The translations under genes and the position numbers were made by a program. Below are positions 50,499-63,000 of a DNA stretch of 64,000 nucleotides, in pieces. The notes below the pieces were generated by a model. It did not search any database. It was given only the letters and a program-made list of their open reading frames with translations, and had not been told where the DNA came from. How positions within the stretch are numbered: position 1 is the stretch's first letter; the number at the start of each line of letters is the position of its first letter. The stretch covers positions 35,801,227-35,865,226 of the forward strand of contig NC_068983.1 of NCBI RefSeq assembly GCF_001194135.2. Direction: 5' to 3'. The stretch is from Octopus bimaculoides (taxonomy: Eukaryota).

Positions 50499-51436
50499 TT
50501 AATCAAAAACCAATACTGCAGTCATGACTTTCAGAAACATATTTTCACACTCTGAATTGTCAAAGCATGAAATAAACTACCTACGTCAGTTCTTAGCTGT
50601 CAGGATGCTGCATTCTTAAAAAAATTCCATACTTTACAAAATTCTGCAACACTACTCTCGATGTGCTATGCTCACTTTCTTCTTTACACCTCTTATATTC
50701 CTCTCTTTTCTATCTTTTTGTGTTTTATTCGGAGTATTGTGCAAGTCTTTCTAGCTTCCATTGCAGTCTTTCTTTACTATGTCTGCTTTCTATCGTCTCT
50801 CTTAACCTCTTCCAACAACTTGTAGAACACCTGAGCACTGTATACAATAAGCTTATTATTATATGCAGCCTGTTATCACTGCGTCAATTTGATAATTCTT
50901 AACTTCAAAGTCAGTATCAGCTGTGATAACTATTTTTCAGCACATTGTGTTATTAGTGACTTAAAAGATAACAAAAAAATATAATATATATACACTTGAA
51001 ACCAGTGCAATGAGAAATAAATACCTTATTTACAATACCAAATTGCAGAAGAGTGAGAGAATCAGTAGGTGGAGGACAAGATTATACAGTATTTAATTTC
51101 ATTTCTTAACTTTCAAAGCTTAAAATCTGCAGCAGCCAATTTTGTTTTATCTTTCCAAAGTTGATATAAGTATTGGTTATGAACTGAAGTTGATTTAATC
51201 AACTAGTTCTTCCTTTGTACAAATTTAAGGTCTTGTTTTAAAATTATTTATGAAAAATATTGATTTCTTATATTTGCACAATAACTTATATCTCAACATA
51301 TTCATTATCATTATTTTGTAGTTGACAAAGATCTTACTGGTTGCAGCTGAGGGTTATGTGAAGTGGACAGCTGCAATTCTGCTATCACATTACAGAAATG
51401 AGAAATTAGAAACAGGATTGAGATAGACTGATTAGA

Positions 51437-52135
51437 TTCATCATCATCATTTAACATCCGTTTTCTATGCTGGCATGGGTTGGGCTGTTTAACAAAGTGA
51501 AGTACCTTTTCAAGTCATATCAACTCAGAAGGACTGGTTTCCCAGTTTCATTGCATATATATTCCCCACCTGGATGGGATGCCAGTCCATTGTGAAATGA
51601 AGTGTTTTGCTAAAGAACACAATGCATTACCCGGTCCAGGAATCAAAACCACAATCTTACGGTCATGAGTTCAACACCCAAATCACTAAGCCATACACCT
51701 CCACAGCTGGACAGTTTGATAGGATCTGGCAAGCCAGAGAGTTGCACCAGGCTTCAATTGTTTGTTCTGACATGGTTTCTATAACTGGATGCCCTTCCTA
51801 ATACCAACCACTTTACAGAGTGTACTGGGTGCTTTTTTACATGGCACCAGCACTAGCACTATTACATGGTGCTGGCACAGGTGCCTTATACGTGGGACCA
51901 GCACAGGTACATTATATGTGACACCAGCATAGGTACTTTATATGTGGCGTAGGTATGGGTGCTTTTTATGCGGAACCAGCAAGGTTGCTGTCTACATGGC
52001 ACCAGCAGAGTTGCTTTTTACGTGGTTCCAGGTGTTTTATGTATGGCACTGACACAAGTACTTTATATGTGACATCAGTATGGGTGTCATCCACATCGCG
52101 CCAGCATGGGTGCTTTTTATGTGACACCAGCATGT
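51437..52135 (-). mobile_element. RTE 3' end with a nested tRNA-SINE (about 51496-51707) and a ~26-bp degenerate minisatellite (51825-52135)
   Basis: Unit approximately ggtgctttta(c/t)(a/g)tg(g/a)caccagcaca, about 12 copies; decayed TSD tgggctgtttaaca / tggacagtttgata around the nested SINE. Confidence 0.75.
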
Positions 52136-52934
52136 AAATTAGAGACACCGGTTTGAAGTTTGAGTCCAAGGACAGCTGTTTCTGTTGCCTTCTCACTAAT
52201 GACTTAAAGTTAATGAAACAGTAACCTCTTTACTGTTGTTTAGCCCATAGTCAGAATTAATCAAGTAGAATTATGATAAAAGGCATTCCAGTCATGACCA
52301 TCTCATTTATTCTAATACAATATTTAATGTAGCCTTAAAATTTTAAAGATGGTATGGAATGATTCATGGGAGATTTGGCTGTTAATTCTACTAGATCAAC
52401 TAACTACATATACATTCCCAATGTATGGATTTCTTTTCTTTTAAAGGAAAAGTTATTCACAATAAACCTAACACTTTATTTGGTTCAAGATTATTTGAAG
52501 TTAATTAACTTTTGTTATGAATATTATTGAACTGTAAGCGTACCTAACAGAATAGATTACTACCAGCAGAGAGGTATTTCAAAAGATTTTTGGAATGTTA
52601 TACCTATATTATTTTAAAAGATTCCTTTTATCAGAATAATTAGAACACGTCTTCCTGAGGGTAAACCCATTCTCGTGTTGTTACAGCAACGCTGAGTTTT
52701 AATCAGTTTTAATCCTTATCGTCAAGTGAGATATTTGTACATCTTTGTATACATAACTTCGGCCGAGTTTAAGCTCAATACTTCGTACAGTCTTTTGACG
52801 ATGTATATACATAATTATCATACATGAATAATGTTGTAATTGTTGCTGATGTTATAATTAAAAGTATATTTATTAAATAAAAGAAAAATCTAAACATTTC
52901 TAGCTGAAACCTGTAGGGCCCTTAATTACATACA

Positions 52935-53029
<95 letters not shown>
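52935..53029. repeat. Long (CA)n microsatellite
   Basis: Directly visible. Confidence 0.98.
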
Positions 53030-53031
<2 letters not shown>

Positions 53032-53424
53032 GTGGAAGAGCCGATAAAGGAATCTCAAAGTGAAAACAGCAACTGCGAGAAATAACGACCAAATAAATCT
53101 TCCTTAAATCATACCCTACTCGTCTTGAATAAAAGCAGATAATGCAGTCCCTACAAGGACGGAACGATCACGGCTGGAATGCTTTTGATTATGGGTCTAT
53201 TCGCTCAAGTTGACCGGGGACTAACCAAGTCAAGAACTCCATTCTTGTCATATAGGGGTGTGTGCATGGGTGTAAGTAGGAGAGAAAAACAATCTTCCGT
53301 GGTTTCTTTTACAATGACTAAGTAAATTCTGAAATACTTCAGATTACTGAAGTTAAACAAGCATTACGTCCATCCCTTGTTTATCATATAACTGTGTTTT
53401 CTTGTGTTTGTTTTTTCTACATAG

Positions 53425-53524
53425 ATCACCATTCATTTCATTCAGTAACACTGATAGCAAGTTTATTGAAAGCAACAACGATTGTTTTGAAGTAAATTTG
53501 TCTAAGGGAAGAAACTCATACTGA
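53425..53524 (+). CDS. Candidate exon (SPFISFSNTDSKFIESNNDCFEVNLSKGRNSY*)
   Basis: Very strong acceptor ttttcttgtgtttgttttttctacatag; possible donor GAA|gtaaat; short, so it could be chance or non-coding. Confidence 0.2.
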
Positions 53525-53737
53525 ACTGACAAAACTACAGATAAATTACGAGATATTCCAGATTGCCCCACCCAATTCTTTTGTCGTCATCGGTAATTGT
53601 TGTATATCTAATTAAATTTTAATTATTTATTTAGCACTTTCAGTCAAAAATACTTCGATTTTAGATAAATTGAGATGTCAACCACGAAATACATACGAGT
53701 GTATTATTTAAGTTTATACATAATCAGACACATACGC

Positions 53738-53785
<48 letters not shown>

Positions 53786-54484
53786 CTTAAACAAGAATGT
53801 TGTTGACAGTGACTTGGAAGTTTCGGCCAGGTAAGCCATATATGTAACAATACAATAAAATGTTCCCTAATAATCCATCTAACTGCACTTGGAACATCCA
53901 CAATGGAACCTGGAACCTGGCCTTACCTGGAACCTGGCCTTACCAACTCTTGTCAAGCTGTCCAACCCATGCCAGCATAGAAAACAGACATATGATGATG
54001 ATGATGATGATGATATCCACCTTATCCCTTTTTCAAAACAATAAAGTGTGATATGAGAGGAGTTTGGTTGTTATTTCAAGTAAGCTGAGTGACTGCCTAG
54101 AGATTTATTTTGTTGGCTCACCAAAATTGTAGAACTTCCAACCCTTATTCACTGAAGCATAGAATTCTTAATCAAAAATTACTAAAAACTAAAGGATTTG
54201 CAACAGCTTTCCTTCTTTCTTTCTTTTCATTTAATATGCATGCATTTATAAAAATAAAATATATTTTTGTATATAAATACATTGCATTTCCATTTGGAAT
54301 GTATAATTATATTTTGATTGCATATGTAATTACATTTTCATCCTATATCAATTGAAATAACAACATTTTTCAGGAAGTGAAACTGAACAACACTAATTCT
54401 TTCATTACTGAATACATATTATTTCCATTATTTCTAAAACTAATACAGCTATTATAAGATAACCATATTCTTTATCCATGTAAC

Positions 54485-55205
54485 TCATCATTATCATCAT
54501 CATCATCATTTAATGTCTGCTTTCCATGCTGGCATGGGTTGGGCAGTTCGACAGGAGCTGGCAGGCCAGAGAGCTACACCAGGCTCCAATTCTCTGTTTT
54601 GGCATGGTTTCTATGGCTGGACACCCTTCCTAACACTAACCACTTTACAAAGTGCACTAGATGCATTTTGCATGGCAGTGGCACTTTATATGTGGATGGG
54701 ATACAAAAGCTCCTTCCCAAGTCATTTAGACTCATAGGACTACTTTACCAGTTTCTGTGGCATATATATATATATTCCCTCTGGATGGGACACTAGTCTA
54801 TTGCAGGATTAAGCGTTTTTGCTGGCCGAGTGGACTGGGGTAACGTGAAATGGAGTGTTTTGCTGAAGAACACAATACATCACCCAGCCCAGGAATCAAA
54901 ACCACAATCTTACAATCATGAGTCCAATGCCCTAACCACTAAGCCTCATACAGATGTTTTATACATGGTACCAGCATGGTTGCTTTTAATGTGGCACCAT
55001 CATGGGCACTTCTTAAGTGGAACCAGCACAAGCACTTTTTATGTGGCACCGGCACCAGAGCTTTTTACATGGAACTAGTACCAGTGCTTTTAATGTGGCA
55101 CCAGCACAGGTGTTTTTTGATGTGGAACCAGTAACAGGTGCTTTTTACATGGCACTAGCATGAGTGCTTTGTTACATGACACCAGCATAGGTACTATTTA
55201 CATAA
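54485..55205 (-). mobile_element. RTE 3' end with a nested tRNA-SINE (about 54710-54950) and a ~26-bp minisatellite (54955-55205)
   Basis: Same components as 51437-52135 but a different nested insertion point. Confidence 0.75.
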
Positions 55206-56779
55206 CACCAAATATATTGATATTGGATTTTGTTTTGGGAAAGACATTCAACTGCATCTGGAGATGAGGTTCGATGAGGTTTCAGCTGAAGAGTTCTTGA
55301 ATGTTGGGGGAGTATAGAGTAACTCCCTAGTTACCTTTACTACTAGATCCACCCTAATCTGGGTTGAGAGTACCTGTCAAGGGTCCCCTATCATGAGCCA
55401 AATAGCAGAAAGATGGTCTTGTGGTTTAGATATACAGGAATTGGTGGTGGGTTAGCCCCTAGATATTTGCAACACAAGCCCCTCAATGTGTAGGTATGCC
55501 CTGTACATCAAAGCTAAGGTCAGGAGAACAACAAACAAGAGTAAATTGTAAATAATCTGGTAGAAGACAAGAAACTACTACTGCATCTTTCCCAAGAAAG
55601 ATCATGAATCTTCAGACTTGCATACAGATCCATGATTGCTGACGCCGGTAGGTTAACAATGGCACTCTGCTGGTTACAATGATGAGTGTTCCAGTTGATC
55701 TGACTAGTGGAACAGCCTGCTCATGGAATTAACATGCAAGTGGCTGAGCACTCCACAAGCATGTATACCCTTAATGTAGTTCTTGGAGAGATTCAGCGTG
55801 ATGGAGAATGTGACAGGGCTGGCCCTTTGAATTACAGGTGCAATTCATTTTTGCCAGTTGAGTGGACTGGAGTAACATGAAATAAAATGTCTTGCTCAAG
55901 GGCAACTCATGACCTTACAATTCTGAGCCAAATACCACTAAACCATGTGTTTTCACTTGTAAGTATAGCACAAGAAGAGAGAATATTGGATTGAGATTCT
56001 TTATAATAATTTTTTTAAAATACAAGTAATTTTTATATAGTTTTAAATTATATTTTTTCCCTCAAAATTCTGAATCTCTGATGTTTTAAAATGTGAAAAT
56101 CCAAAGACCTTTAAAGAAATATCAGAAAATTAGCAGAGATTTTTTTTTTTTAAATCCACATCTAAGCAAATAATTTTTAACATTTCAAGTAAAAGTTATG
56201 CATTTTTAATGTAAATAGCAATCTTCTATTTTACTCAAAACTTCCTTTCACACTACCACCACCATCACCACAAACCAATGACGGAGCCTGTATGTCGTCA
56301 CTTGATCTGCTAGAAATACCAATCAATTCTCCAACAAATTGCAACATATTGTTAAACTATTTATAATCACATTTATTTCCATAAAAAAATATCAGATAAC
56401 CAGAAAATAAAGTGAAACTATATTTCTGTTTCTAATTTGTTACTATCATGTTAAAATTAAAAAAAGATGTTTAAAATAATTCATATAGTTTTTCAATACT
56501 TTTCAATAAATATGTCTTTCAATAAAATTTGATATTGACTAATATATTTTCAATCAATTTGTCTTTCAACAAGTTTGGTTTTCTATGAATACATCTTAAT
56601 GAATGTCTTGGCCAACATCTGTTTTGCTCATTACGCTTTTGATAGACAAACCTAATTTCACATATATATACATGAGTTACAAATGTGTTTGTGTGCGAAT
56701 AGTTCTGGGTTCAGTCCAACAGTGTGGTACCTTGCGTGTGTGTTTTATATAGATTTGGTAGATGGAACCTGAAAGAAGC

Positions 56780-56825
<46 letters not shown>

Positions 56826-57372
56826 NNNNNNNNNNNNNNNNNNNNNNNNNNNNNNNNNNNNNNNNNNNNNNNNNNNNNNNNNNNNNNNNNNNNNNNNNNN
56901 NNNNNNNNNNNNNNNNNNNNNNNNNNNNNNNNNNNNNNNNNNNNNNNNNNNNNNNNNNNNNNNNNNNNNNNNNNNNNNNNNNNNNNNNNNNNNNNNNNNN
57001 NNNNNNNNNNNNNNNNNNNNNNNNNNNNNNNNNNNNNNNNNNNNNNNNNNNNNNNNNNNNNNNNNNNNNNNNNNNNNNNNNNNNNNNNNNNNNNNNNNNN
57101 NNNNNNNNNNNNNNNNNNNNNNNNNNNNNNNNNNNNNNNNNNNNNNNNNNNNNNNNNNNNNNNNNNNNNNNNNNNNNNNNNNNNNNNNNNNNNNNNNNNN
57201 NNNNNNNNNNNNNNNNNNNNNNNNNNNNNNNNNNNNNNNNNNNNNNNNNNNNNNNNNNNNNNNNNNNNNNNNNNNNNNNNNNNNNNNNNNNNNNNNNNNN
57301 NNNNNNNNNNNNNNNNNNNNNNNNNNNNNNNNNNNNNNNNNNNNNNNNNNNNNNNNNNNNNNNNNNNNNNNN
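56826..57372. other. Assembly gap in (TA)n
   Basis: Run of N. Confidence 1.
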
Positions 57373-57403
<31 letters not shown>

Positions 57404-57840
57404 TAGTAAAATAAGGATTGAGATCAAATTGAGTACTTGAAAAGATATGTACCAGGTAGGGCTGGATAAACCTGTGGTTCAGCCTCAACAAACTTCAGCC
57501 ACATCCCTGTTGTATTCTTGGGATATTCTTTTGATTGTAAAATTAGGTTTCATCTAATGATTTTGTAATGAAATAATGTTCTCATTCTTCTATTAAAAAT
57601 GCGTAAGAAACAGCTACAATGAGCTCACAATTACCCATCGTCTTTTATTATTCATTTGAGTGTGTGTGTGTGTATATGTATATAGTCCACTGTTAACCCA
57701 CTGTAGTTTTGAAATAAACTTTTATTCATCTCATCCACTTTTACGATTATTCCATATGAAGGCAAATTATAGATGCTTATTCGAACATCTTTTTTCAACA
57801 TGTAAGGAAGTAGTTTTCTATCTGCCTCTTTTTCTTTATA

Positions 57841-57882
<42 letters not shown>

Positions 57883-57964
57883 TAATTTGCTGCCTTGGCA
57901 AGAAGCATGTTGAATCTTTTGGAAAGAATGTTTATACTTTCTTATCCTCTAATTTTTTGAAATA

Positions 57965-58537
57965 NNNNNNNNNNNNNNNNNNNNNNNNNNNNNNNNNNNN
58001 NNNNNNNNNNNNNNNNNNNNNNNNNNNNNNNNNNNNNNNNNNNNNNNNNNNNNNNNNNNNNNNNNNNNNNNNNNNNNNNNNNNNNNNNNNNNNNNNNNNN
58101 NNNNNNNNNNNNNNNNNNNNNNNNNNNNNNNNNNNNNNNNNNNNNNNNNNNNNNNNNNNNNNNNNNNNNNNNNNNNNNNNNNNNNNNNNNNNNNNNNNNN
58201 NNNNNNNNNNNNNNNNNNNNNNNNNNNNNNNNNNNNNNNNNNNNNNNNNNNNNNNNNNNNNNNNNNNNNNNNNNNNNNNNNNNNNNNNNNNNNNNNNNNN
58301 NNNNNNNNNNNNNNNNNNNNNNNNNNNNNNNNNNNNNNNNNNNNNNNNNNNNNNNNNNNNNNNNNNNNNNNNNNNNNNNNNNNNNNNNNNNNNNNNNNNN
58401 NNNNNNNNNNNNNNNNNNNNNNNNNNNNNNNNNNNNNNNNNNNNNNNNNNNNNNNNNNNNNNNNNNNNNNNNNNNNNNNNNNNNNNNNNNNNNNNNNNNN
58501 NNNNNNNNNNNNNNNNNNNNNNNNNNNNNNNNNNNNN
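57965..58537. other. Assembly gap
   Basis: Run of N. Confidence 1.
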
Positions 58538-58920
58538 ATACAGTGACCTGACAACGAAAAAAAATATAATTTGTTTTTTAATAGCAGATGTTTCTATTTT
58601 CGTTTTTGTTAAGCACAGTATTTTAATCATATAGAAATATTTTTAAGTGAATGTGATTTCAAATATCTAAGTTGTTTGTACAGTAAGTATTTATATTTTA
58701 ACTTTCTTTAAACAGACAATATTTTAATATTTCTAAAAATTATTTTCAAGTGAATACCATTACAAAAATTTTTTTTGGCATATTTAAAAAATATTTTAAA
58801 GTGAAAATGACTTTTAAAATATGGTAAATATTTTGTAAAAGACCCATTTGTAACCTCAGAGTGAAATAATTGTTTTCCATAGTTTTTTCGAGTGCATTCA
58901 ATGTATCCCACCTCCAAAGA

Positions 58921-59029
58921 TTTGATTGCTATTTCTAGCATACCCTACTACCACGTAACAGCTATTTGAGATAAAGGACCCAAAATACCTGTTACGTGGT
59001 GGCAGGGTGTGCAAGAAATAGCAGCCAAA
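58921..59029. repeat. 47-bp inverted repeat with 15-nt loop (hairpin)
   Basis: Arms 58921-58967 and 58983-59029 with 7 differences; the outer part carries the family E motif gaaatagcagccaaa. Confidence 0.93.
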
Positions 59030-59668
59030 TTTTTCCTTTTCTGGGGAAAGGAGATATTTATGTGTGATTCCGATGTCACATCCAAAAGCATGGAAAGTAA
59101 CCTGTAAAAGGTCAAAAAAAAAAAAAATCCGTTGCTGGGAAACTCAGACTTTCCCAGTGATCCAACGGGTCACGGGTAGTCTAAAATATATATATATAAG
59201 TGTGTATGAGTGTATATATACATACATACTCACACAGAACAAGAAACCTGTTCTGCTCCAGCTCTTTTCTTTCATACTTTACCTCTCCCTGCTACTCATT
59301 CTCTCAGCATAAAAATTGCTTCACCTTCCACCCCAGGGTTTATAATCTTGCAAGTTGCATGACAACCTCAGCAGTACTGGTGGCACAAAAAAGAAGTGCC
59401 CAGTGAACATTGTAAAGTGGTTGGTGTTAGAAATGCTATCCAGCTGTACAAATCATGCCAAGGCTGACAGTAAAGCATGATGCTCGTCAGATCCTGTCAA
59501 ACTGTCCAGCCCATGCCAGCATGGAACATGGACATTGAATGATTAGAATGATGATATAATTAGTCCATGTATTTGTATTTGTGCTGGCCAATGCTTGATC
59601 AGTGGCTGAATGTGTAGTTACACATACATCAATACATATTTTTATAAATAAATATATTTTTATATATA

Positions 59669-59886
59669 CAGTAATCCCTTGTCTATTGCAGGTGTTACGG
59701 TCCACCCCCACAATAGGTAAAAATCCACGAAGTAGAAACAGTACTGTACTGTATATTTTTTTGAAATTATTTTTATAATTTGTATATATTTATTTTATTA
59801 TAAATGCAAAACAACACCACGGTGGAATCGACGTAAGCTTAAATAATAAACCACGATAGGTGAACCGCAATATGGCGAGGGATTAC

Positions 59887-59890
<4 letters not shown>
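59669..59890. mobile_element. Tc1/mariner (pogo/Tigger-like) MITE
   Basis: TA|cagtaatccct ... agggattac; paralog of 20176-20390. Confidence 0.75.
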
Positions 59891-59921
<31 letters not shown>

Positions 59922-60023
59922 CATCATCATTTAATGCTTGTTGTCTGTGCTGGCATGGGTTGGACAGTTTGACTGGGCTGGCATGCTGGAAAGCTGTGCC
60001 AGGTTCCAGTCTGATTTGGCAGG

Positions 60024-60065
<42 letters not shown>

Positions 60066-63000
60066 CCTAATCTAGAAATCCGCTTCCGATATATATGTTA
60101 TTTAATGTATACAATATAGCTACAAGCTATTAATAGTTTCATGCATTGGAGATGTAGTCTAGGTAAGTTTCTAATAACATCCCTTGTGCCAACAAGCAAT
60201 CTCAGGTTTTGAGCATATGACTGATACAATTTACAAATCAGGATGCAAAAACAAGAGAAATCACGACAAAACACACACACACACACACACATATACAGGA
60301 TATGATAGTTTCAAGGAACAAAATCCAACAAAATGCACCACTATATCTGTTTTAACAGAGTGCCAAGTTCAGAGCATTGTCTATTTGAATCACCACAGGA
60401 TTGTATTTCACCTTTGCTCATGTGTGTTTCTTTGTGTGAACAGAAAGCTTGAATGAAAAAAATGGAAAGATAAAAACAAAGATACAGATGGAAATATTGA
60501 AATTCTTATTATTTTGTGATGAAATTGTAGTTTTTTTTTATCTATGTTTATTTACAAAAATTTTGAAGAGACCACTTTATGTATCACTGTGTTAATAGAG
60601 ATTTAGGATATATGTATATATATATAGATATTATATCTCATTAATTTTACACTAAATCAGTCACAAATACTATGAAAAAGAGTATTAGTAATATTCACAG
60701 AAGGAATTTTGAAGTTTGGTTTGATTCCTTTGATCACTATTGAGAAAATATTTGTGTTTGTTAAGTGAAAAGACATTTGGAAATAATGCAGTGATGCTTT
60801 TGAAGATGAAAGGCCGGAATGAAAGGATGCGTTTAAATAAGGAAAACAAAAGTCTTTGGTTCTTTTTAGACATCAAAAAGAGAAAAGGTTAAGACAAAGT
60901 TCAATCTTAACATCTTTCTCATTTCTCAAGTTACCATCTTGTGCTGATACCAAAGTGAAGGTCTTTTACAATATATTCTGTAACCCTTTTGTCACCGTAT
61001 TTCTGTTGAATACACTGTCATTGATTCAATTAATTTTGGAAAGTAAGAGAATTCATTACAATAATTTTGTTGTTGTTAAGATGGTATTTGAAACAGAAAT
61101 TAACATGAAATTTTGATCACTTTAGAGTTGGAAGTTTGAATCAGAACCAGGAGCAGTCTCAGTTGGGTTAGTATCAGAATGTTTGCTATTGGAAAAGAAA
61201 GAATGAGAGAGGGAGAGAGAAACAGAAAGGGAAAAAGAGAGAATGAGAGGGAGGAAGAAAGTCTGTCATGCCTTTGACAAGATTAGATGCCAGTTACTTT
61301 ACAGAGTGTATTTAGTGTATTTTATTATTGCACCAGCACTAGAGAGGTTGCCTTGCTCTCTGCTAGGCTAAAGTGTCTTTTCTATTCAAGTTTTTCAAGG
61401 CAAACAACAAAGACAGTGAACAGAAGAGAAAGTATGAATAGTGTGATTGAAGAAATAGAGTGATCATGTAAAAGCACCTCTTACACTCTTGGTGTGATTG
61501 GCATTAGGAAGGGCATCCAGCTGTAGAAAACCATGCCAAATCAGACTGGATCCTGGCACAGCCTTCCAGCATACCAGCCCAGTCAAACTGTCCAACCCAT
61601 GCCAGCATGGATAACAGACGTTAAATGATGATGGTGATGATGAAATGAAAGGAAGGAGTAAGGAAACAGATGGTGATAGCAATATGTTGGTTATTAACAT
61701 GGAAACCAAACAGAAAAAAATAGCATAAGAAGCATGATGGGATAGAAATAAAGATGGGTGATGATTAAAGAAAAAGTGTGAAAATGGTTGGTAGAGATGT
61801 TCTATAGTAGGTTAAAGTACTAGATTCCAATGACTAGTCATATGGGGTAAAGAGAATGATGACAAGCAGTAGTGATCTGTGATGTTAGTGGGATTGGATA
61901 CAAGCTGACCAGATATCATCCTTCATTATACAGGTGATATGGTACAATGAAAAGGAGAGTGAAAGAGTAATGAAGAGGATAATAAATGGAAACTAAACTG
62001 GAGTGAAACAGGTGAATTACCCTATGTAGATATAAGTCCCAACCTCTATCACCACCACTACCATCAGTTTAAAGATCATTTTACTAAGCTTGTATTAATG
62101 AGCAGGGTATTATATGTATACAATTAAACCTTGGGAAGAGGCATTATGCCGGTAATAAACACACGCACTGGTTCAGTCCTTTATTAATTTATATAGTTTT
62201 TTGTTAAATTATTTCATTGCACTCTTGCAATGTATGTTTATAAACAATAGATATCAGAATTGGTATAGCAGTGTTCTGAATTCAAATCCTGCTCAAGTTA
62301 ACTTCAACCAATTTTGGGAGGAGAAAACGAGAAATACTGGATTGATATCATCAATTAAACCTCTTGAAAGTGATGTCCTAGCATGGCCAGAATCCAATGA
62401 CTGAAATCATTAAAAGAGGGCATACATATCATTAGTGCTAAAGATGGACAGTAGTGTGTGTGTAAGAGAGACAGACAGACAGACAGAGAGCAAAAAGTGA
62501 CTGCTTTGAGAACTTTATCAAGGATAAGAAAAAGTGTTTACATTTTTATCAATATATGCTACCGGTTTCAATTGCTTAAACAGACAATTTAGTCATGCTA
62601 AAAAAATGAAGGGTAAAAAATATATTGAAATAAATTAATTAAAAACATGTGAACTTCCAGAACTAACATCATGAAAGGTTAATATAATTTGATTTATATC
62701 ATTTTATTTTTCCATTTATTCCAGCTTGTCTAAATCATCTTTTAAAGCGATTGAAACAGGAAGCATATTTTGATAACAATGTAAATATTTTCTTTTACTT
62801 TTATCCATGATAAAGTTTTCAAATTATTTTCTTTTTGTTTTAAATATAAATTTACCCACATGCAACCTCTTTTTCAATATATAATAATACATATATTGCA
62901 TATTTGTATATACATCTATGTAACATTGGTAATTTAATGCCAAGAATCTAAGAAAGAAAATTTATACTTAATCCTATGTGATGCATTAGTCTAGTCTACA

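Noticed and set aside
51825-52135. Periodic ~26-bp array resembling a CRISPR
   Set aside because: Degenerate contiguous units with no unique spacers, in eukaryotic DNA, derived from the RTE UTR subrepeat.
56724-58634. Long ORFs of 200-324 aa
   Set aside because: They run through N-gaps and (TA)n; artifacts. The same applies to the ORFs at 1270-1711 and 4198-4953 and to the HT/CV/ER/YI-repeat ORFs.
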